Shown: in pieces, positions 57,298-64,000 of the stretch
Layout: each line of letters begins with the position of its first letter
Numbering within the stretch: position 1 is the first letter of the stretch
Assembly (NCBI GenBank): GCA_045617905.1
Contig: JAZLJO010000014.1
Span: forward strand, 72,743-136,742
Source of the DNA: Candidatus Enterousia sp.
GTDB taxonomy: Bacteria > Pseudomonadota > Alphaproteobacteria > Rs-D84
Length of the DNA: 64,000 bases
Direction: 5' to 3'
The notes under the pieces: generated by a model
Told to the model about the DNA's origin: nothing
The model's database searches: none
Seen by the model: the letters and a program-made list of their open reading frames with translations, nothing else
Translations under genes and position numbers: made by a program

Positions 57298-59850
57298 ATG
57301 AAACTAATAAAGAAAAATATTTTTAATCTGCATTCAATACCCCAAAATACCCAATGGTTATTATTGGCGGCGGCATTCATATTAGTTTTGATAATGTTAA
57401 CATTGGTGTTAACAGACCACAAATCTGCCACCGTTATTGATGATGATACACCCGTCAATTTAACAATCACACCGGATTCAAAATCCATTGATTGGACAGA
57501 TACCCCCCTGAATGTAACAAAAACGGAAACATTTACAATCGGTGCCACTGCGGCGGCAAAAGTATTATCAGTTGAATTTGCCCCAGAAATTGCGGGCATA
57601 GCCCAACCACAAGAAACCTGTTCACATATTGGTGAAATTGATGACAAAATAACATGCACAATAACAATAAAATATACCCCTAAATTGGAAATGATGGCCC
57701 AAAAGGCCACACTAACAATTAAATGGCACGTTGCTGCCGAACCGGATGAAATGCAAAAAACGGACACTATTGGATTTATTGTTGGTGCAAAAAATACAAA
57801 AAAAATCGTAACGGCCAACACTGAAAGTGAAACACAAAATAAAAAAATAGATGACACAGATAAAAATGCAACGTCTGAAAAAACGGTGACAACGCCCCCT
57901 GTGGAAAAAGATATTGTTGCGTCAACACCAACAGCGGCATCCACCATCCCAACAATCACACCAGACGAATATGACGATGTTGATGATACAGATAACGTGA
58001 TCGATATTATTGACACCCCAAAGGTAAATAATACAAAAACAGAAAAAACTGTATCACAACCCATATCACCCACACCGGAAAAATCAAACGTTGTTCCACG
58101 TGCCGAATCGTGTTCAGATTTTGCATTTCCGGGATACGACACAGGCGGTAAACAAATTGGTTGGATACGTCCCGAAAAAGGTTCATATTATTTTCACCCC
58201 TTTTCCGATAAAAAATGTGACACCCCAACCGGTAAATATAATCCAGATACCGGTATGATTTATGATATAAATAATGCCGGCAAAAAAATTGGAACCGATG
58301 CCGACCATATGGGTCGTACCAATATTCGTGCCAACGGCGTATTACCACAATTGTCGTCCAAACCCGCAAAAAATATTAACCGTGCGAAACAATTTGATTC
58401 CATCGAATCTCTTCAAAATTCAGGTGGGATGACACGTTTCAATCCAAATGCCAAAGAAGGTGAAAATGCCGCCCGCAATATTGACACCGGATTAAATATA
58501 ACCCGTAAACAGGATCCCACAATTGTTGGAACCAGTGGCACAGCCAGATTTTCATCTGACCCGTTTGACAGAACATTTGTATTACGTCAATATAAACCGA
58601 TTCCCGCCACAATAGTATCAGAGGTTCGTGCAGACCCATCACTGTATGATGGGAAAACAAAATCTTTACCCGTCCGTGCAACGGTTGACCGTAATGTATA
58701 TTCAGACAATGGACGCACAATTATTATACCAACCGGAACATTATTATTGGGTTATGTTAATGGAGAAATTCCTGGTCCCTATAAATCAATTGGTCGAATG
58801 AATATCAGTTGGTATCAATTTATTTTGCCAAATGGTGTAGAATTTAATTTTGAAGGTAATCCAGAGACAGATCCATTTTCAGGTGATTCACAGGGCCGTT
58901 CCGGTGTTCCAGGCCACGGCAGTACCGATTATGTTCAACAAATGGTTATGCCAATGTTAACGGCAATTATTCCGGCGGCGGTAAATATGATTGCGCCAAT
59001 ATCCGATAAATTTGTAAATCAAATTAATTTGGATAACAATACCGTCGTGCAATCGGGTACGGTTCGTTCATCGGAATTGGCAAAAAATGAAATTGTTACC
59101 GCTTGGAACAAGGTTGCACAAAAATTAATGGTTGATATGTTGGATAATACCGTTCCGCCATTTTCCATTGCCGCCGGCACACGTATAACCGTATATACCC
59201 CCGAAGATTTAGTTATTACATGTGGGAAAGATGATTCAAAAAAATGTTCTGTAAACAACGTAAAAGCCAACTCGAAAAAGGAATCTGATAAGCGTGCCAC
59301 TTGGAGTCATCAAGGCATAAAAGTGCCGAACGATGGCTCTTGGACTGGTCAGGTTGCCAGTCTGGATTTGGAAGATTTTTGTATGAAAAATCCCAAAGAT
59401 GAAAATGCAAAAACCGCAAAACCATATGCTGAGATTGCTGGGGACATAGAAAAATTAGGTTACAGTTATAACACAATTGCAATGTATTGCCAGGCCAGTC
59501 AATATGAAGCTATAAATAGTGTTAAGCAAAAGGCTGTATATCAAAATCAACAAAGCAGTTCCAATCAAAACAGCATAGCCGCAATTGGTGGGGGCGAAAT
59601 AGGCACTAAAAAATACAATGAAAATGTCTTGGGATTAAAATACGATGAAAATGGTGCGATTGAAAACCCATTTGCAAAACCCGCCACCCCAGAATCCGAA
59701 CCACAGGCTGCAACAATCACATGTGAAGACGGCACCGTCCCAGATACCAATGGTTGTTGTACCGGTGAAATATACACAGATATGGGCGAACAGGGATTTA
59801 ATTGTTGCCCCGAAACAGGTGGCGATTGTTTCCCACCAATACCAATGTAA
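57298..59850 (+). CDS. virB10: VirB10/TrbI-family T4SS protein with extended N-terminal linker and Cys-rich C-terminal tail
   Basis: TM WLLLAAAFILVLIML. C-terminal barrel region RATVDRNVYSDNGRTIIIPTGTLLLGYV...RMNISWYQFILPNGVEF matches the VirB10 signature. Confidence 0.6.
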   Translation: MKLIKKNIFNLHSIPQNTQWLLLAAAFILVLIMLTLVLTDHKSATVIDDDTPVNLTITPDSKSIDWTDTPLNVTKTETFTIGATAAAKVLSVEFAPEIAGIAQPQETCSHIGEIDDKITCTITIKYTPKLEMMAQKATLTIKWHVAAEPDEMQKTDTIGFIVGAKNTKKIVTANTESETQNKKIDDTDKNATSEKTVTTPPVEKDIVASTPTAASTIPTITPDEYDDVDDTDNVIDIIDTPKVNNTKTEKTVSQPISPTPEKSNVVPRAESCSDFAFPGYDTGGKQIGWIRPEKGSYYFHPFSDKKCDTPTGKYNPDTGMIYDINNAGKKIGTDADHMGRTNIRANGVLPQLSSKPAKNINRAKQFDSIESLQNSGGMTRFNPNAKEGENAARNIDTGLNITRKQDPTIVGTSGTARFSSDPFDRTFVLRQYKPIPATIVSEVRADPSLYDGKTKSLPVRATVDRNVYSDNGRTIIIPTGTLLLGYVNGEIPGPYKSIGRMNISWYQFILPNGVEFNFEGNPETDPFSGDSQGRSGVPGHGSTDYVQQMVMPMLTAIIPAAVNMIAPISDKFVNQINLDNNTVVQSGTVRSSELAKNEIVTAWNKVAQKLMVDMLDNTVPPFSIAAGTRITVYTPEDLVITCGKDDSKKCSVNNVKANSKKESDKRATWSHQGIKVPNDGSWTGQVASLDLEDFCMKNPKDENAKTAKPYAEIAGDIEKLGYSYNTIAMYCQASQYEAINSVKQKAVYQNQQSSSNQNSIAAIGGGEIGTKKYNENVLGLKYDENGAIENPFAKPATPESEPQAATITCEDGTVPDTNGCCTGEIYTDMGEQGFNCCPETGGDCFPPIPM

Positions 59851-59855
59851 AAAAA

Positions 59856-59888
59856 TATATGCTTGCCATCGGCAAGCATATATTTTTC
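59856..59888 (+). terminator. intrinsic terminator (ATATGCTTGCCatcgGGCAAGCATAT + T5)
   Basis: Perfect 11-bp stem after virB10. Confidence 0.65.
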
Positions 59889-60200
59889 CCACACAACCCA
59901 CCAAACACAAATTGATATTATACCGTTTATCGTTTTTCCCTGTATAATTTATACATTAACATTTTCCAAATATTTATCGTTTTAATCGTCACCAGATATG
60001 TATTAATTTTACAACGAATTGTTTTCATCAAAAAAATTATATTAAATGCCGGGGCATGTATTTCAATCGCACTGTGGTACCAATGTATATTTACATATCT
60101 ATACCCGTCGCCATTTACACCAAAGAAACACATTAAATTGTTTTTTATATTATTTATACCAATTATCCCATGAATATTATTCATAATTAAATACAATTAA

Positions 60201-60233
60201 AACAAACCGCCACAAAAGTGGCGGTTTGTTTTA
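60201..60233 (-). terminator. intrinsic terminator (AAACCGCCACaaaaGTGGCGGTTT) after yidC
   Basis: 10-bp stem with a T-run on the minus strand. Confidence 0.6.
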
Positions 60234-61790
60234 TTATTTTGCACGTTTTTGCAAAATATAAATTTGAGCAATTCCGCACAGATTTGATACCGTCCAATAC
60301 AAAACCAATCCCGCTGGGAAAAATGCAAACATAACCGTAAATATAATTGGCATCCAACGCATTGCTCGCTGTGTTGCAACCGCCATATCATTACCATTTG
60401 ATGTTGTACGTGTCGTATTTTGCATTTTTTGTTGCAACCACATTGTTCCCCCCATCAATATCGGCAATATAAAATATGGATCCATAACTGCCAAATCAGA
60501 TATCCATAAAAACTGTGCACTGCGCATTTGAACAGACACCAATAATGCTTTGTACAAAGCAAAGAAAATCGGAATCTGAATCAACATCGGTAAACATCCG
60601 GACATCGGCGATGTTTTATGTGTTTGATACAAACGCAACAATTCCATCTGCATACGTGCTTTGTCATTTGCATATAATTTTTGAATACGTGCCATTTCCG
60701 GTTGCATTTTTTGCATTGCAATCATTGATGTGAATGATTTACGCGTCAATGGCCATATCAATAAACGCAACATTATTGTAAATAAAATAATCGCGATACC
60801 ATAATTACCAACAATGGCATTTAATGAATTTAATGACCACAACATCGGCCGTGTCAAAAATGCAAATGTCCCGTAATCCATGGTTTTATTTATTCCAATA
60901 ATTTTACCCGACGCGGCATTTAATACATTCTGATCACGTGGTCCAGCAAACATTTGCGTTGTAAATGAACGCGATTGACCGGCCGGTAATACAACCGGTG
61001 CAACATTTATATCGGCAACATAAATATCTGCATTCTTACGAATACGCATTGTTTGATCTGATGCATTTACCTGAGCAATTGTTTCCCAATATTGATCGGC
61101 AAATCCTAAAAAACCATTAACAGTTGAATACATATATGATTTTTTATCTAAATCAATCCAATCAATATTTTCAATATCTGAATTTATGTATGCAATTGCC
61201 CCAGTATCAACACCAGTATTTTTATTTTTTACGTCACGTGCCATACGTACAAATGGGGCCACAGATACATCATGATGTGTTACATTATTTATAGTATCTG
61301 TAATCGTTACAATATTTCCATCAATTGAGAATTCACGACGATACGAAACACCGTCTATGGCACGCCAAACATATGCGGCGCCATCACGTGTCCATACCGT
61401 ATTCGCCATAGGCCCCGTGGTCCCCGTCATTTGAAAACCGATTTCTGCATAACATTCTGCACAGTCCAATAATGTAACTGCAGACGCATTATCCGAAAAA
61501 TCATTTAATTTAATATTTGAAATTCGTAATCCCTGAACACGTGCGGATATTTTTTCAGAATTAAATTCATCCACCGGCACAGCCGAAATATCTATATCAT
61601 CCAAAAACTTTATGTTTGTATTATCGACATTTGTTTTATTAAAACCGCCAAATATCCATAACAATGCAACGAATACACCCGTCCACATAAAAAACGATTT
61701 TAATTGGAATTTTTTATTATTGTTTTCTGCATTACGATTTGCATTCCATTGTGCAAACCCAGAATTTTGATTATTTAAAAATTGAACCAT
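60234..61790 (-). CDS. yidC: membrane protein insertase YidC
   Basis: Conserved C-terminal 5-TM core (...MQKMQPEMARIQKLY...LYWTVSNL...). Start MVQFLNN with AAAGGTGA RBS. Confidence 0.85.
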   Translation of the reverse strand: MVQFLNNQNSGFAQWNANRNAENNNKKFQLKSFFMWTGVFVALLWIFGGFNKTNVDNTNIKFLDDIDISAVPVDEFNSEKISARVQGLRISNIKLNDFSDNASAVTLLDCAECYAEIGFQMTGTTGPMANTVWTRDGAAYVWRAIDGVSYRREFSIDGNIVTITDTINNVTHHDVSVAPFVRMARDVKNKNTGVDTGAIAYINSDIENIDWIDLDKKSYMYSTVNGFLGFADQYWETIAQVNASDQTMRIRKNADIYVADINVAPVVLPAGQSRSFTTQMFAGPRDQNVLNAASGKIIGINKTMDYGTFAFLTRPMLWSLNSLNAIVGNYGIAIILFTIMLRLLIWPLTRKSFTSMIAMQKMQPEMARIQKLYANDKARMQMELLRLYQTHKTSPMSGCLPMLIQIPIFFALYKALLVSVQMRSAQFLWISDLAVMDPYFILPILMGGTMWLQQKMQNTTRTTSNGNDMAVATQRAMRWMPIIFTVMFAFFPAGLVLYWTVSNLCGIAQIYILQKRAK

Positions 61791-61806
61791 TTTATTTTTC
61801 ACCTTT

Positions 61807-62334
61807 TTATTTTTTTGCCCCACGATGCTTATATGCAACATACCAATTCAACGCATATAAACCAACGCCAACACATATACAGATATCCGCAACATTAAAT
61901 GATGGATAATGCCATGCACCAATATGAAAATCCAAGAAATCAATCACCGCCCCAAAACGTATGCGATCGATTAAATTACCAAATGCGCCACCACAAATTA
62001 ATGCCAATGGCACACGTTCCGCATTTTCAGCACGCATGAACATATAATGTCCCAAAAAACCAATAACAAATGCTGTTAACAGAATTATAATCAATGGTGC
62101 AAATTCACCGATATTTCTAAATAATGAAAATGCCGTCCCCGGATTCCACGTAAATACAATATTAAAAAAATTTGTTACATGTGTTATAAAATATGGATAC
62201 GGCACCAATTCCCAGGCAGCCCCCACAACCGGCACATGTCCCGATACCATGTATAACAATACACCTTTGGAAAAAACATCGGCAACAATAACTGCCAATG
62301 CAATCGTAATATATTTTATCCAACCATTCTTCAT
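61807..62334 (-). CDS. lspA: lipoprotein signal peptidase (signal peptidase II)
   Basis: NPGTAFSLF and FNVADICI catalytic Asp regions. Start at MKNGW with AAAGGG RBS. Confidence 0.8.
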   Translation of the reverse strand: MKNGWIKYITIALAVIVADVFSKGVLLYMVSGHVPVVGAAWELVPYPYFITHVTNFFNIVFTWNPGTAFSLFRNIGEFAPLIIILLTAFVIGFLGHYMFMRAENAERVPLALICGGAFGNLIDRIRFGAVIDFLDFHIGAWHYPSFNVADICICVGVGLYALNWYVAYKHRGAKK

Positions 62335-62442
62335 ATACATCCCTTTGATTACATAGCAAAATATACCACGCGATAATACAAAATCAAATACAAATCGCAT
62401 ATCCAATCATGGTTATGCGATTTAATTTATACATAAAACATA

Positions 62443-64000
62443 CTATTTATCTGGTGCATTATCCGCATCCAACATCGTATAATTATTCGCACGCAATAAA
62501 TCCAGTGTTTCATCAATTTGTTTTTCATCAACCCCCAATATTCCCAAAACGTTGTAACCTAACATAAATGATGTTTCAATTGTTTCAGGTAATGCCTGTG
62601 ATGCACCATCTTTGACCAATACACGCGATTCTGCTAAATTACGTGCCCGTGCAAAAATTTTTACGCGTGGGACGATACTACGAACAATTTGTACAACATT
62701 TTGTGATTCTGCCGCATTATCCAATGCAACAACGACCGCACGTGTATTACGATTTAAGCCCATTTCACGCAAAACATCCGCATTTTTACAATTACCGTAT
62801 ACAACATTATCACCCCGTTCACGTCCCATCATTACCGAATCAACCCCCAAATCAATTGCAACATACGAAACGTTATGCATAGTCAACATTTTTGCAACGA
62901 TCTGACCAACACGTCCAAAACCACATATAACAACCGACGGGGCATCTGCACCACGCATATTCTTTGCCTGTGCCGCGGCCTGAGTTAACAATTTACCAGA
63001 CCGTTGCAATCTGTCATAAATCGCCAATAACAATGGTGTTACCATTATGGACAATATGATTGTCGCAGTTAAAATCTCTTGATGAGAATTTGACAACACA
63101 TCAATCCCTGATGTCCGCATTGTCTGCAACATTAACAAACCAAATTCCCCCCCCTGTGACAAAATCAATGCGATTTTTGCTGCATCATTTACAGGTACAT
63201 GACGAACACGGGCCACAATAAATATTGCCCAGAATTTAACTGCAACCAATCCAATAACACCCGCCAATATCATATACCAACGCGATAACAACAACGGTAA
63301 ATTCAATCCCATTCCTAATGAAATAAAAAAGAATGCCAAAAATAGTGTTGCATATGGACTGATTTCAGCAACAATTTGATGTCGATAAATTGTTTCTGAC
63401 ATCAACATACCGGCCAAAAATGCCCCTAACCCGGCAGGCAATCCAATTAATGTAATCATCACAGCCCAGAATACAATATTTAACATTGTTGCTAATAAAA
63501 ATGCTTCTTTGGATTTTAATTTTGATACCTGACGCATTAATGGGTTTAAAACAAAACGCCCAACCACAGCCGCCCCAACCACCAATGCAGCAGACGATAC
63601 CGTAATATCAATAACAGACGCACCAAAACTGAACGTTTTACCGGCAAATACGGGTAACATTGCCAACAATGGAATCGATAACAAATCCTGAAATAATAAT
63701 ATGGAAAATGTTTGACGCCCCATATCGGTATTTACCTGATTTCTGTCTGCCAATAATTGCAAATCTTCAGACGTACTGGACATCGCCAACATTAATGAAA
63801 CCATTACGCATACCATAACCGACCAATTAGTTATCCCAAACAACATTGGAAATAACATCACAGCCACCATCATAACCTGGGTTATGCCAAAACCAAATAT
63901 CGTTCGACGCATTTCCCATAAACGACGCATATTGATTTCCAACCCCAAATTAAACCACAAAAATAATATTCCCAATTCACCCAGGAAACTCCATGTTTCG
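62443..64000 (-). CDS. monovalent cation:proton antiporter (KefB/KefC-type) with C-terminal RCK/TrkA-N domain; 5' end runs off the window
   Basis: CPA2 TM core plus VVICGFGRVGQIVAKML Rossmann (RCK). Frame stays open to position 64000. Confidence 0.7.
   Translation of the reverse strand, partial: ETWSFLGELGILFLWFNLGLEINMRRLWEMRRTIFGFGITQVMMVAVMLFPMLFGITNWSVMVCVMVSLMLAMSSTSEDLQLLADRNQVNTDMGRQTFSILLFQDLLSIPLLAMLPVFAGKTFSFGASVIDITVSSAALVVGAAVVGRFVLNPLMRQVSKLKSKEAFLLATMLNIVFWAVMITLIGLPAGLGAFLAGMLMSETIYRHQIVAEISPYATLFLAFFFISLGMGLNLPLLLSRWYMILAGVIGLVAVKFWAIFIVARVRHVPVNDAAKIALILSQGGEFGLLMLQTMRTSGIDVLSNSHQEILTATIILSIMVTPLLLAIYDRLQRSGKLLTQAAAQAKNMRGADAPSVVICGFGRVGQIVAKMLTMHNVSYVAIDLGVDSVMMGRERGDNVVYGNCKNADVLREMGLNRNTRAVVVALDNAAESQNVVQIVRSIVPRVKIFARARNLAESRVLVKDGASQALPETIETSFMLGYNVLGILGVDEKQIDETLDLLRANNYTMLDADNAPDK

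Noticed and set aside
55030-59850. Interpreting the three T4SS genes as Dot/Icm type IVB icmL-icmK-icmE
   Set aside because: Gene order and sizes superficially fit. However, the first protein carries the VirB8-specific NPxG motif and the second the VirB9 TNL.V.T...Y.F.L block, so a VirB/Trb (type IVA/P-like) assignment is better supported.
1-64000. CRISPR arrays, integrases, transposases, IS elements
   Set aside because: No short direct-repeat/spacer periodicity, no DDE/tyrosine-recombinase-like ORFs and no inverted-repeat-flanked elements were detected by reading the ORF track and intergenic regions.

Overview
This is an AT-rich bacterial chromosome segment, probably from an alphaproteobacterium-like host-associated or intracellular organism (DUF4164–zapA pair, lptE–holA, Pmp-type autotransporter, VirB-type T4SS genes). 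A conserved housekeeping backbone is interrupted by accessory blocks. Backbone: parC, zapA, radC, map, holA, lptE, anaerobic RNR nrdD/nrdG, lgt, glyQS, P-type ATPase, plsX–rpmF, the rpoC–rpoB–rplL–rplJ–rplA–rplK–nusG–secE–tRNA-Trp cluster, yidC, lspA and a kefB-like gene. The accessory material is as follows. (1) A tRNA-Asp-adjacent defence island (~0.6–6.1 kb). It encodes an Eco57I-family N6-adenine methyltransferase broken by a +1 frameshift in an A6 run. It also encodes an 1104-aa fusion protein with an N-terminal T5orf172/GIY-YIG-like domain, an SF2 DEAH helicase and a C-terminal methyltransferase-motif-I fragment. The architecture is Type ISP/IIG-like but rearranged or decayed, and it is the best candidate for an undescribed system. 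(2) A class III ribonucleotide reductase whose glycyl-radical C-terminal domain is a separate 61-aa ORF with its own Shine-Dalgarno sequence. (3) Three tandem ~210-bp-spaced tRNA-Ser 3'-end-like repeats, where only the last is an intact tRNA. (4) Two large repeat-containing surface proteins: a Pmp-repeat autotransporter with perfect 144-bp tandem repeats, and a BspA/LRR-like 31-aa-repeat protein with a Cys-rich eukaryote-like C-terminus. (5) An isolated virB8–virB9(SPOR)–virB10 T4SS sub-cluster next to tRNA-Trp. Several hypothetical secreted, acidic or coiled-coil proteins are candidate effectors. Many intrinsic terminators share one hairpin motif, AAACGCCCC-N4-GGGGCGTTT. No CRISPR array, integrase or transposase was seen.
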